Below are positions 23,692-37,465 of a stretch of 64,000 nucleotides of DNA, piece by piece; within the stretch, counting starts at the first letter, position 1; every line of letters starts with the position of its first letter. Made by a program: the position numbers and the translations under genes. Under the pieces are notes generated by a model. It saw only the letters and a list, made by a program, of their open reading frames with translations, made no database searches and had not been told where the DNA came from. Source of the stretch: Octopus vulgaris (Eukaryota). The DNA lies in assembly GCA_951406725.2 (NCBI GenBank), contig OX597828.1:29202001-29266000 (forward strand), written 5' to 3'.

Positions 23692-24005
23692 TTAATTCTT
23701 TTTTTGGCCATGAAATGACAAATAATAATAATAATAATAATAATTAATTCTTTTATTGGCCACAAGGGCTTGCATAAAAACAACATGAAATGACAAATAA
23801 TAATAATAATAAATTCTTTTATTGGCCACAAGGGCTTACATAATAACAACATGAAATGACAAAATAATAATAATAATTAATTCTTTTATTGGCCACAAGG
23901 GCTTACATAATAACAACATGAAATGACAAAATAATAATAATAATTAATTCTTTTATTGGCCACAAGGGCTTACATAAAAAACAACAGGAAATGACAAATA
24001 ATGAT
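23692..24005. repeat. Minisatellite, about 5 units of about 65 bp
   Basis: Unit AATTCTTTTATTGGCCACAAGGGCTTACATAATAACAACATGAAATGACAAA(ATA)n. Confidence 0.9.
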
Positions 24006-27000
24006 AATAATAATAATGTAATTTTCTTGATTTGTCATTTTAGAGAGATTGGTGATTTATTATTTAATAAACAGCTACTGCCACTAATGACGAGTAATAA
24101 TAATAATAATAATGAATTAGTTATGACTTTAGCATAAGACTGAAATGTTTGCAGAAGCAAGACTATCATCACCAATTATATTATATCGCTCGACATTAAG
24201 ATATTACTGGTACTTAGTTTTTTTTATCTAACTCTCCCACCCCGCCCTCTCCGAGAAGAATGAAAGACGAAGTCGACTCCTGAGTTAATATGTTAATACT
24301 GACAACGATAATAGTAATAATGATAGTCATATGTTTGTTATTTAACCCTTGGAATAGCTCGAATATTTGTTTTTCAACAATATTCGAGCTATTCCAACCG
24401 TGGCAACTCATCCTTTCTTCAAACAGTGTAACTAACACTACATTATTCAGGGTGTACTACATTCTTTTTAAAGACAGTAGGGTGAGATTTGAGAGAAATC
24501 TCTGACTGCCATTTCTAGCAAGTTAAGTGACCACGTATAAAAGGCCTTTCTTAGCTCGCTAATAATAATCGTGACATTGTCTACGATGGCCTTAATAATA
24601 TGACGATATTAATATAATCTTCACACTAGCCAGAGTTCTTATTCCTTTTTTAAAGAAGCAATCGAAAAATCGATCACTTGTGATACGGTTGGATTTTATA
24701 TCTATATCTACGATTCTCTGGATCGTTCATTCTTGCATTTGCCCAAAATTCCGTCCGTCTTCTGACTCAGGAAGCAAAGAGGCCGATGAATTTCCTGTTT
24801 GACTGCTGTACGAACAAATATTTGGGAGAAGTTGTGATGTTCTTGTCAAGGGCGTAATGTAAACGTGATGTTTCCGTGTGAAGTTAACATTTATAAAAAC
24901 AAGTCAACATTAAACTCAAAGATTACTCGTTATTTCTTTTAAAGAGTACTTATTCTTTTTTTACAAAGAAAACGTGGACAGTGTACGTACGCCGTCAGCC
25001 GACCGTTTCCTTGTATAATAAAAAACAACAACATTATACGTACATTGTATGTATGTATGTATGTATATATGTATGTACACACACACGCATATAATTAGTA
25101 AGATACGTCAAAATAGGCATATAATAGAAAAGGTTAATGTTTAGAAAATGACAATTAAGTGCTCATACCGGGACCAGATAACTCAAATCTAACGTCGATC
25201 GAAGAGACAGAATTCGGGCAAGCCCAGAGTTAGCTTTGAGAAATTTGCAGGTCGAGTCAGTGAAAATATAATAAATATAAAGGATGTTGAGGCAGTTGTT
25301 AATGGCTGTGTATGCGTATGAAATGAAAAAATAAACTCAAGTAATTTAATTTACCAAATCGTTGGTGGTGATTTTTATGTTGAAGTATCTTTCTCGGCAG
25401 TTGTTGTTACATACATACATACATACAGACAGACACACAAGCACACATACATGCACGTATACCCAGACTTATGCACGCACACACACATATATCATTACAG
25501 ACCATTAGCATTTTGTTCTATAAGTCTGTGTTGTAGCCATCTGTCACCGACCCCTCCCAATTTGCTAAATAATAATAATAATCTCTCTTCAGGAAAGCTG
25601 GCCAAATAATAATCTCGGTGATACTTTTTTTTATATCAAATAGTCGAAATTTTCAATATTCAATTAATCAATCACTCATACTTGATTGCTTGCTGTCCTA
25701 TAATTCTCTTCAGCTTTTCAATATTGTATTTCACAGCATTTGAATAGAATATTAACCCAATAATATTTCTACATTGGCATTTGAAAACAGCCAGTGTGCC
25801 ATATTCATTTAGTAGTTATATTTAGCTATTTATAAATTAATGCCACATACAGTCTATGTGTAGTTATTTTATTCTTTCATTCTTCTGTGTGAGAAGCATT
25901 GCATCTGGACATTGTTAATCCCTCTGTACACAAGTCTAACTGCCAAACTTGCTTACCGAAGGAGAATATGAAAAACCCATTTGAAAAGAATAGTTTAAAG
26001 TCTTAACACCAATACAGTAATTCTAATATATTTCCAAACTATGAGTTTGTAATAATGGGTTCGAATTTTGGCACAAGGCTAGTAATTTCTGAGTAGTTGG
26101 TAAGTCAATTACATCGACCCCACCCCCCAGTATTTATCGACCCCAAAAGGATGAAAGGCAAAGTCAAACTCGGCGGAATTTGAACTCAGAATGTAAACAT
26201 GGACAAAATGCCACTAAATAGACGACATGCTGCCTTGTCAATTATTTGTATTACTAAAGGTTCATTATTTTTCTCCGTATGAATGAGGTCTCATAAATGG
26301 GGGTTTCACTCTAGCACCCCACCACTACCATTTTGTCTTTTTCCTAGATACTCTTTCCCATCATCATCATCATCGTTTAACATCTGTTTTCCATGCTAGC
26401 ATGGGTTGGACGGTTCGACCGGGGTCTGGGAAGCCAGGAGGCTGCATCAGGCTCTAGTCTGATCTGGCTGTTTTTCTCCAGCTGGATGCTCTTCCTAACG
26501 CCAACAACTCCGTGAGTGTAGTGGGTGCTTTTTACGTGACACCGGCACAGGTGCCAGGGGAGGCTGGCAGCAGCCACAATCGGTTGGTGCTTTTTACATG
26601 CCACCGGCACAGAAGCCAGTCAAGGCGGCGCTGGCATCGGCCACGTTTGGATGGTGCTTTTTACGTGCCACCGGCACAGGTATCACAATTACAATTTCCA
26701 TTTGATCTTTATATAAATTCAGGGAAGCCATGCTGCTTATCTCTGGCATAAAATGACCTCTTCATCCTCTCAAATTCTCTCCACCACCCATGTTTGATTG
26801 AGAAGGGTCCTCCTCCTTTTCCTTGTTCCTTCCTTTCTTGCAAGTACTCGACAACCCCTCTTGTGTCTGTGGCATGAAAACCACACCCAGTACACATTGT
26901 GAAGTGGTTGGCATTATGAAAGGCATCTACCCATAGAAACCTTGTCAAAGTTGACACGGAGCACAATGCAGCTTTGTGGATTTGATCGAACTGTCCGACC

Positions 27001-28217
27001 TCTACCAGTTTGGAAGATGGACATTGAATGGTGATAACGATGATGACTGTTTCATTAGCTTTCAGTGCTAAGTTTAAATCTCTTGCTGGGCTTTAAGAAA
27101 CTGACATTAAAAAGAAAATTACCGTTGTAGTTCTGAACATTTGGTCAGTATCCCAATCTTGTTGGTCATCCAGGTGCAAGCATGGCTGTGTGGTTAAGAT
27201 GTTCACTTCACAACCATGTAGTCTTGGGTTCAGTCCACCTGTATAGTATCTTTGGCCAAGTGTCTTCTATTATGGCCTTGGGCCGACCAATGCTCTTTGA
27301 ATGAAAGTGGTAGATGGAAACCTATCCACTTAACATATTCATATAATATACATACATGCATACATACGTACATACTGTAGTGTTACAGAAACAGAGGTAA
27401 CCTAGGCGAGATGCTATTAAAATCATTCAAGTTCTACTAATAAACAAGATTTCCTATCCTTGCCCTATGTAATCCCTGAAGAAAAAATAGAAATAACAAC
27501 CAAAATTTCCCTGAAGTCGCATCATACCATTCTTAATGGTATTTTTTTCCAATAGAGAGAGAGGGAGGAAAAGTAACAGCAGTGTTCCATGCTAGTAATT
27601 GTACGTTTTTAGACAGGAAAAATTAATAATTTAGTGTTGATTATGAATTTCAGTATGCAAGTTGGAGTCTAGTTTAGTTCCATGTCTTCTGTTGGAAGTG
27701 CTCCATTAATTTGAAAGGCCACTTATAATACCTTTGGCAGTGCTTTATCTTGACCATGATGATGATGGTCATTATCGAACACTTTCTGCCCTTAGATTCA
27801 ACCATAGTTATAGATAGCATTCCATAAGAATACAAACTCTTTTTATATTTTGTGTAACGACTTGTGTTTGCCTGATTGATCTTAAGGGGCCACACAAACT
27901 ACCATTTTTAGTTCAGATAAAATAAGAACCAGCTTTTAAAAGTTGTAGGTACAGGCATGGGTGTGGTAGGAAGTCTGCTTCCCGACCATGTAGTTTTGGT
28001 CTTAGTTCCACTGCCTGACACCTTATGCAAGTGTCTTCTACTACAGCCCTGGGCTGACCAAAGCCATGGGAATGGAAGTGGTAAGCAGAAACTGAAAGAA
28101 ACCTATTGTGTGTGTATGTGTTACATATATATATATATATATAGTGTAATAAATAAAATATATGCAATCATACAAACATATATGTACGTACCGACATCTA
28201 CATGTATATATACATGC

Positions 28218-28252
<35 letters not shown>

Positions 28253-28951
28253 CCATAAAAACCCATGTAATTTGCACAGGTGATTTTCAGGATAAAATTT
28301 GTTAAAACAAGCTTCTGCTTATGTAAAATTCACACCCAAAAGTTTTCAGAATTGCTGATATAGTCGGGGGAAAAAGGTTTTCAATTTAGTTGTATTTAGC
28401 ATAATTTCACTTACTTATGATTAGATTTTATTAAATTTTCATTAAATAAAAATAATTTCTGTTTAACAGGTATCACGTTGTTTATAATAAACTTTATTTT
28501 ACATTTCTTGCCCACAAGAGATTATGTCCGATCTTTAGCATACTGCTGTATGTCCTCTCAAATCATGATCATAGGAAAAGTTGTTGATAAGAATTATCAA
28601 CAGAAAACAAAGCTGATAAATATGCACAGGTGTTGCAAATTAAGTTTAATTACCAATAAACATCAGCTTGGATGACACTTTATTCAACCGACAGAGGAAG
28701 GTGACCGATCAAACTAATTATGTAAACAGAATTCTTTACCGCTTATTCTTGTCGGGACCTGTAGTATGGACTATTGAAATTTTAATCCCTTTTACACTTA
28801 TAAAATATCAAGCTTACTTTAAGATTTGTCATTACTGTTATTGTCAGTATGGGTAGAAATTATGAATCATTTACTGCAAAGGAGAAATTAAATATGTTGA
28901 ATATGCATTTGAATGCGGCAATAGAGCTGCTGGAAGGCATTTTAATGTTAA

Positions 28952-29096
28952 TATTAGGTTGTCCCAAAAGTTCGTAAACACTTACGAAAATTGAAATTTT
29001 ACTCGCCAAGTACTAACAAAAACAGCAAAAATTATTCCTCAAAATAAAGACCATTATTTTCCAAGACTTTCTACGAACTTTTGGGACAACCTTATA
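28952..29096. mobile_element. Mariner-type MITE
   Basis: TIR AGGTTGTCCCAAAAGTTCGTA / TACGAACTTTTGGGACAACCT with TA flanks. Confidence 0.75.
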
Positions 29097-29381
29097 AAAC
29101 CAATGTTCGAAATTGGCGTGAACAGTATGACAAGCTTAAAATAGTGCCTAGTAATAAACAGACAGAAATAAAAACATACAATTAAGATTATCCATATCAT
29201 TACATTTTTTGCAGTCAGGAATATCCATATCCCTATGTATGTCAATGGTGCTCCATTGTGATAGGTAGAAACTCCAAGCAATGTAAAATATGGCCTGGAC
29301 CATGTTTACCAGAAGGAACGTCAGACTTCAAAAAGTGGTTAACCATTTAATGATTTTAGTAAATTTATACAGAAAAAGTAA

Positions 29382-29551
29382 GCAGGAGTGGCTGTGTGGT
29401 AAGTAGCTTGCTAACCAACCACATGGTTCCGGGTTCAGTCCCACTGCGTGGCATCTTGGGCAAGTGTCTTCTGCTATAGCCCCGGGCCGACCAATGCCTT
29501 GTGAGTGGATTTGGTAGATGGAAACTGAAAGAAGCCCATCGTATATATGTG

Positions 29552-29584
<33 letters not shown>

Positions 29585-29778
29585 TTGTCCCCCTAGCATT
29601 GCTTGACAACCGATGCTGGTGTGTTTACGTCCCCGTCACTTAGCGGTTCGGCAAAAGAGACCGATAGAATAAGTACTGGCTTACAAAGAATAAGTCCCGG
29701 GGTCGATTTGCTCGACTAAAGGCGGTGCTCCAGCATGGCCGCAGTCAAATGACTGAAACGAGTAAAAGAGTAAAGAGT
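29382..29778 (+). mobile_element. tRNA-headed SINE, family B (internal TA/TG microsatellite, GAGTAAA tail)
   Basis: TGGCTGTGTGG A-box-like and GGGTTCAGTCC B-box-like head. Related copies at about 5238-5662(-), 39815-40248, 45765-46190, 49040-49399 and 59121-59490, plus many fragments. Confidence 0.85.
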
Positions 29779-31401
29779 ATTATACTGTCCAGTGTAAATA
29801 AAAGTCAACTATGGCAATGAAAGAGTTAAATGATATTTTTCAAAATCTGCAGAGCACTTTAGATACTGCTTACTGTGCAGTGCTTGAGGATCACTGTTCA
29901 AAGGTGTCCTGAGTTGTTAGTAAATAGTGTCTCTTCATTATGTTACAGACGTCTGTCTTGTTTACAACTAACCAGATTGCTAATGAAATACACTGCCGAT
30001 GTGCTTTCCATTAATGTCGAAAATAATCAAGTCTGGAAGAATTTAGTAAAATGACTAACTTCTATTAATGAGTTGGTGTTCGGGACATAAAAGAAGGATT
30101 CAGAAATAAAATTATGACAAAGTTTTAATTGAAAATATGAACACCAAAGCATTAAGTTTTGTTTCATAGAAACAGAGACAGCTTCAGACAAATTTGCTAT
30201 TAAGATTGTTTCAGCTGTAAAAATTAGTTCATATGATTTGCTGTTGTAATTATAAAATGACAGAAGTTCTCAATCTGCAAGTGAGTCAAATCTAACTTGC
30301 TGCCTGAGACGGCTTCCTACTGTTTAAACTTTCTTTTATGTTATCTTGTCTTTGTTCCTCTGGGGATTGAGGACATCATCATCATCTAATGTCAACTGTT
30401 GCTTGCATGTGTCAGATGGAATTTGTTGAGACAGATTTTCTACAGCTGAATGCCCTTCATGTCACCGGCCCTCATCTGTTTTCAAGCATGGAAGACAGTA
30501 AACAAACAAACATCACTTGTATGATAGTGATGTTCATTTACAACCATCACATGATGTTAAGACAAGCACACCCACACATGTTTATGTATACATATACAAA
30601 GGGCTTCTTCCAGTTTCTGTCTTCCAAATTCATTCACAAGGCTTCTGTAAGCCCAAGTCTATAATAGAAGACACTTTTCCAAGTTGCTACACAGTGGGAC
30701 TGAACTCAAGGTAACTTGATTGGGATGCAAGCTTCTTAACCATGCAGCTATGCTTGTACCTACATTCTAAATACCAGTAATATATAGAGGTCAAGCAGAC
30801 TTACTGTACCCCTGCTGTTGTTAGAATGCCAGACAAAATGCTTTGCACTCTTCATTTCCATTCCTTGTGTTTTCTATTCAAATCTTGCCAAGGTTAACTT
30901 TACCCTTCATTCTTCTTGCATTGATTAGTAAAGCTCTGCTTTCGGGCAGTGGACCAGCATACCAGATTTGATGATGCCTTCTGGTATTTGTTCAGGCTGT
31001 TTGTGTTATGAGTTCAAATCTCACCATGGCCTATTTGGTTGGCAGACTTAATTTATCTCCTAGTTTAAGACCACCACCTGATACCTTGAGTGCTTTTAGC
31101 TGAGTCCACACTGAGGCAAGCATTTGGGCCTGATCTCTTCTTCCCTCCCTTTAGTTTTAGGGCCACTCAAAAGGTTACACACAAGTTTTTCTCCTGGTCA
31201 AGGGATAAATAAATTATTAAATTATCAAAGTTGAAATACTATTTCTCTCTTGATCACCAGATTTTGAACAACATCAAACCTAGTTAGTATTTAGATGGTT
31301 GACACCTTGACATAGACACACTCATATATGCCTATACACTCTCATACCTGCACACACACACATGCTGTGTGTGTAAGGTTGCAGCTGATCAGTTGGTAGT
31401 G

Positions 31402-31547
<146 letters not shown>

Positions 31548-31856
31548 GTGTGTATATATATATCCGACTCGTGGCCGATGCCAGCACCGCCTCGTCTGGC
31601 TTCCGTGCCGGTGGCACATAAAATACACCAATCCGACCGTGGCCGTTGCCAGCCTCGCCTGGCACCTGTGCAGGTGGCATGTAAAAAGCACCCACTACAC
31701 TCACGGAGTGGTTGGCGTTAGGAAGGGCATCCAGCTGTAGAAACACTACCAGATAAGACTGGAGCCTGGTGCAGCCTTCTGGCTTCCCAGATCCCCGGTC
31801 GAACCGTCCAACCCATGCTAGCATGGAGAACGGACGTTAAACGATGATGATGTATA

Positions 31857-32092
31857 TGTCACCTTGACCGACCAGTCCGTCAGGCGTCCATTTGACACCG
31901 CTGGTCACAGCACACTGTCCACTCCTCTCTGGATCGTGCCTTTCTCATCCACGTGATCCCAATCGTCCTCCTGAAATCATAATTCCACCATTGTTTAGGT
32001 CTTCCGGGTAGTCGTTTCCACTCACGCGGGCACCACTCGACAACTGCGTGGGTCCACCAATTATCGGTGAGCCGGGTGATGTGTCTGGCCTA
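31857..32092 (-). mobile_element. RTE LINE 3' fragment (third family)
   Basis: Minus strand ARHITRLTDNWWTHAVVEWCPREWKRLPGRPKQWW..DF..TIGITWMRKARSREEW. Confidence 0.75.
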
Positions 32093-32717
32093 ATGATTAG
32101 GAGTGTTGCACTCAGAATTGCAAGATCATGGTTTCAGATCAGTAGCTGCATTGTGTTCTTGAGCAAAACAGTTAATTTCACACTGGCCCATTCTACTCAG
32201 CTGTTAACTTGTAACCCTTAACTTAACTGTGCAACAAACAGAGAACTATATGATAAGTATCACACTTCAAAACAGGTATTTGGATTGCTATAATTGATTA
32301 ACCCTTCAGGGCAGGGCGCCAGCATGACCACAGTGCTCCAGTCCAGTCATCTGGCAAAAATGAGTTGTACCTGTATTTCAAAGGGCCAGTCTTGTTAAAT
32401 TGTGTGTCATGCTGAATTTCCCTTAGCACTACATTAAGGGCACGCATGTCTGTGGAGTACTCAGCCACTCTCATGTTAATTTCACCAGCAGGCTGTTGAT
32501 TGGATCAACTGGAACCCTTGTTGTTGCAACTGCTGGAATGCTTGTATGTGCAGATGTGGGGCCGCACAGTAAGAAGTTTGCCTTCTAACCACATGGTTCT
32601 TGATTCATTTCCATTGTGTGACACTTTGGGCAAATGATTTCTGCTGTGGCTGCTATAGCTTTGGATTGACCAAACCCTTGGATTTGGTAGATGGAAACTG
32701 AAAGAAGCCTATCATAT

Positions 32718-32760
<43 letters not shown>

Positions 32761-33025
32761 TCATTCTTGTTTTTGTTTTTGTATACATTCATTTGCTTTT
32801 CCCAGAAGCTTAATGCTCTGATGCTTTCCAGATTTGAGTGGTCTCGGGTAAAAAAGCGCAAAACTGCTACAACTTTCTGGACACTGACTGACAAGGAAAT
32901 CAGCTGTGAATGGCCCGTGTATCTTGTTTTTGTCCAGTTTCTCGTTTGTTATCATCTATTTTTCCGTATGTTGTATTTTGTTGGATTTCCACTTGTTTTG
33001 TTCTTTCTGTCCTACCTTTGATTTA

Positions 33026-33391
33026 TCTCTCTTTATATAAATGGCAAAATGTCTGTCTGTGTGTATCCTTTATACAAATCCACAATTTTTCAGTTAGAAG
33101 GCTTGCACTTTCTATGGTCATTCAAAACTGTCCAAGGGTGGTCGTGCACGTCTTTACATTTCCCTAGTCACCCCACAAAGCCATTAAAAAATCAATAGAA
33201 GTGACTTTTTTCTGAATTTTCTATTCAAAACCCAATCAAAGTGCCTGAAACTTGATATGCCAATTGAATGCCAGCTAGCTGTATGTGATTGGTCAGATAT
33301 TTGGACAGTACTCGCGTGTATGTGGGCAAGCACGCAGCTGTATATGCATGCACTAGCACTATGACCCAGCGTTGCTGGGTCATAGTGCTAG
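33026..33391 (+). mobile_element. Non-autonomous Helitron (second family)
   Basis: A|TCTCTCTTTATATAAA start like 19578; hairpin GACCCAGC-GTT-GCTGGGTC; CTAG|T end. Confidence 0.72.
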
Positions 33392-34056
33392 TATATATAT
33401 ATTTGTCTGTGTGTGTTTGTGTCTGCTTGTCTTAATATCATGTTATAGTTGTAAATGAGTATCACTGTCATACAAGCAGTGTTGTTCTTTACAATGTTTT
33501 GCAAGAATTTGTCTCACCTTGGGGAAATATTACCTTGCTTAGAAAGAGGTGAGGGTTGGTGACAGGATAGGCATTCAGTCATAGAAAATCTGCCTTAATA
33601 GCTCCATCTGACACCTGCAAGCAAGGGTAAATGAGTGTTAAAATACTGATGATGATGGTGTTGACCAAACTTTATCAGGTGCTTACCAGCAGAGATTCCT
33701 TTGTTTTACTAATCAATCAATATATAACAAATCTAAACATTCAGAGAAATATCTTATAAACTCAATACCTGTTTTTAATTGACAAGACTCTCTATACTTC
33801 TTGTACTGGTCTCTTTGTAAAATGTGCTTTTCTCTCTCTCTCTTCTTTGTTTCTTACTCTGACCTGTTTTGTACTGTTTGCAGTTGTTATTCATACCACT
33901 GCAACATATAGGTCCATAAAAAGAAATTATATTTTGTCACTTAGGAATGAGAACACTGCTGTTACATACATAACTAAGAAAGATGCCATGTTGTGGCACC
34001 ACATTTAAGAGACTTAGGTGATCATATTAAATGTGGTACTTATCTTAGTCTGGTAC

Positions 34057-34885
34057 TATTGGGTCATCCCATAAATAATGCTGTTTTTTTTATGCTTCTT
34101 TTATTTTTCGGAATTGAGATAAAACAAAGTACTTTTTTAATCTAAAATATTTTCTCCTTCATTTTTCTACAATGCTCTTCCACATATCTGGTAAACTTGC
34201 AAGGTCCCTCTTCCAAAATTCCCTTGTCTGTGACAAAAATACTCCTCCAGTACTGTTCTGACCTCGTCTGCAGAATTCCTATTTTTTCCATCCAAATGAT
34301 TTTGAAGACTGCAGAATAAATAATAATCAGATGAGGCAATGTCTGGCGAATATGGTGGATGGGGCATCATTTCCAATTCAAACTGCTCCAGCCTTTGGAA
34401 TGTCATCCTCACTGTATGTGGCCAAGCATTATCCTGATTGAAGAACACCTTTCACCTTGAAACCAAAGATGGTCTTTTTCTTCTGGCACTGACTTACGAA
34501 AGTTCAAAGTGGACCAAACCTTTCATATCCCACCAAACAGATAACAACACCTTATGTGGGAGAAGATCATCTTTAGCCTGGGGTGCCAGTGTTTCTCCTG
34601 TCCTTGCCCACTGTCTTTGGTGATTGACATGTCTATAGAGGACCCATTTCTCATCACCAGTTGCTATTCAGTCCAAAAAAGGTTCATCCGTGAGACATGA
34701 CAGCAAAGAAGAGCACACATTCACTCTCTGCACCTGATTAGACTCAGAAAGTTTGTGAGGAACCCATTGACCTAATTTTCTGATTTTTCTGATGGCATGC
34801 AGGTGCCGATGAATGGCTGAACGACCAAATCTGAGTTACCCTGCTAGTTTTCCTCAACAGTTATGATGGGATTTTGTTCCACCAG
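34057..34885 (-). mobile_element. Decayed mariner (DD34D) transposon, 3' half
   Basis: QDNAWPH...HPPYSPDIASSDYYLF with 34 residues between the Asp residues; TIR TA-TTGGGTCATCCCATAAATAATGC at 34057; stops and frameshifts. Confidence 0.9.
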
Positions 34886-36398
34886 GGTTTGCATGCCGGG
34901 CGAAATGCTTAGCGGTATTTTGTCTGCCAATATGTTCTGAGTTCAAATTCTGCTGAGGTCGACTTTGCTTTTCATTCTTTTGGGTTTGATAAATTAAGTA
35001 CCAGTTGAACAATGGGGTTGATGTAATGGCTGCCTTTGTGGCAAAATTTGAAACCATTTATTCACATTGTTTTCAATTCATCCTGTGTTATCTCGCAGCT
35101 TCAAGATTTTGATGATGTGATTGTTTATTTTGAGAATGACAGTTGTAGGGTAGGTGTGAGAGGCCAGACCTGGCCTGTGTCTGAACATAAAGCAGGTAGA
35201 TGGCTGGATATGGTTGGTTAAATACCAAAAGTTTTATTGAAGAAATATATTTCTGATAGCAGTGATGATAATACCCAATTAAACGCCTTACAGAATTTGA
35301 TTCTGATCCTTAACATTTTGTGTTCAAATCAGGCTGAAGTCGGTCTTGTCTTTTTTATAATTCTAGAGTCAATAAAAGGGCAGTGAGCTGGTAGAATCAT
35401 TACCATGCTGTTGGCAAAATGCTGAGTAGCATTTCTTCCAGTTCTTTGCATTGTGAGATCAAATACCACTGAGGTTGACTTTACATTTCATCCTTTCGGG
35501 GGTCAATAAAATAAAGTACCAGTTGAACCCGGGGCGGGGGATAGGGTCGATGTTATTGACTTAACCCCTTCCTCTCAACATTGCTGGCCTTGTGCCAACA
35601 TTAGAAAGAATTTTAGTCAATGAATAAAAAAAATAAATGTTCAAGTAACATACAATCAATTTAAAACTTTCCTTTAACAAGGAATAAAAAATTGTCTTTG
35701 TCCTCATTTCAGAAATCAATATATCAACATTGTTGTCATCATAATGTTCTTCTTTTTTTAGTTTTGTTGTAATGGGTTGGATAGGTTTGCTGTCTACAGA
35801 CACATCACTTCATCATTCATTTTGACTTTTTGCCAAATCACCTTTGACGGTTTATCATTCTGTATCACTTCTCACATTATATTATCCAATGTGTTTGTCT
35901 CTGTTTTTAGAAAGTAGGTTGTGAATTAATAGAAATTTGTCTACCTCCTATGGGTCTGGTGCAGAAAAACCAACATGGGTCCCTCATACCCCCTGAGGGT
36001 TGTTAGTATTTCAAAATGTGCCAGAAAGAGAGAAAAATTTATGGTTTATTAAAATCAATCTAGTAGATTAAAATGATCCAGTTAACTAATTCTTAACTAC
36101 TAATTCTTCTAAATGTACCAAGACCTTTATCATTCTACACATTCTGTCTTTTACTTGTTTCATTCATTGGACTGTGGCCATGCTGGGGCCCCCACCTTGA
36201 AGGGTTAGTCGAATAAGTCACACCCACCACATATTTTTTAATTCTGGTTCTTATTCTGTTAGTCTTTTGCTGGTCTGCTAAGTCACGAGGCTGTGAACAA
36301 ACCAACAGCAATTGTCAAGCTGTGGTGGGGTATAAACACAACACACAAAAGACACACACAGAGATATGTGTGTGTATGTGTATGCGCGTGTGTGTGTG

Positions 36399-36433
<35 letters not shown>

Positions 36434-37222
36434 AGCTCTACCTTCGAATGTCCTGTGAAGATGAATTTTATTTTCACAATTATTTTGTAGACAGTATTTG
36501 GCAATGGATGCAGAAATGGCCGTAAGGTTTGTTATGTCTGATGCCTTGTCCTCCCAGGATTAAAAAATAAGCTATAAATGTGGTCCAATCGATGTGTCTG
36601 TTAATCTGAGGTTTTCTCCATTTTCTGATTATTTGTATTTGTTTCCTGATAAACTCTTGTTTATTCTGTTGTTACCTGCACTCTACGTGTATAGTGTGCC
36701 TGCACACCTATGCCTGATGAGGATACGGGTAATGGATACCAATAGTACATTGCACACACATCTTATCCCTTAGTGTGTGTATATACTATATATATATATA
36801 TATCAGTTTACACTATATGTGTGTATGTGTGTATGTATATTTATTATATAAAATCCATTGCCGGTCTGTGTGTGTGTCTTCTCGGATCTCGGGCATCCTC
36901 CATCCATTGCACACTCAAATTTTATATGTAGATACCATGGTGTCAGGGCGTCTATAAGTCTTGAAAAAATTACAAAAATCGATTCCAGGTGAGAATGCGA
37001 TCGATAAAGCTGTGGGAACGTGCACTTGTACGCACAAGTACTTCAGCTGATGCGATCGATACTACGCGTACGCGAGAAAAATGCACGTGCAGTTTGCGCA
37101 AAATCGCTGGCTGGCTTGAAATGCCACAAAATGGGACAGTCGGACAAGTTGTTTTGAGAAAATTTGGTTTAAATGTTTGACAACTCAGCACTGTCCATTG
37201 GACGTGGCGGTGTTTTACTTGT

Positions 37223-37258
<36 letters not shown>

Positions 37259-37387
37259 TGAGAGAAGGACGGGATGGACACTTCATTTTTGTGCTGGTAC
37301 CGCATTATGTCGTACGCGACTGAGAGGATTTGCATCCCCAACGTAGAATTTTTGATGTAATACATGTCCTTGAAGTAGTAATTGTGC

Positions 37388-37465
37388 GCGGCTAAAGAAG
37401 GCCATAGACACACATTATGCATTGTTGTAAATCTGTCTAATAAAGGCCCGAAACATATGTACTGC
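37388..37465 (+). ncRNA. Degenerate hammerhead motif (core G5>A)
   Basis: GCGG-CTAAAGA-A-GGCC-ATAGACA...TGTCTA..GGCCC-GAAA-CATATG-TA-CTGC: all three stems present, palindromic ACATATGT stem III, core reads CTAAAGA instead of CTGAAGA. Confidence 0.6.

Noticed and set aside
23750-23770. ERSE-II element (ATTGG-N-CCACG) in the minisatellite
   Set aside because: Sequence is ATTGGCCACA, with wrong spacing and last base, and is explained by its SINE-tail origin.
34167-34448. SETMAR-like host gene or active transposase
   Set aside because: Stops, frameshifts and truncation; no SET domain; ordinary decayed mariner.
36707-36750. Hammerhead (CTGATGAGG...)
   Set aside because: No GAAA or stem III at a compatible position; too decayed to support.
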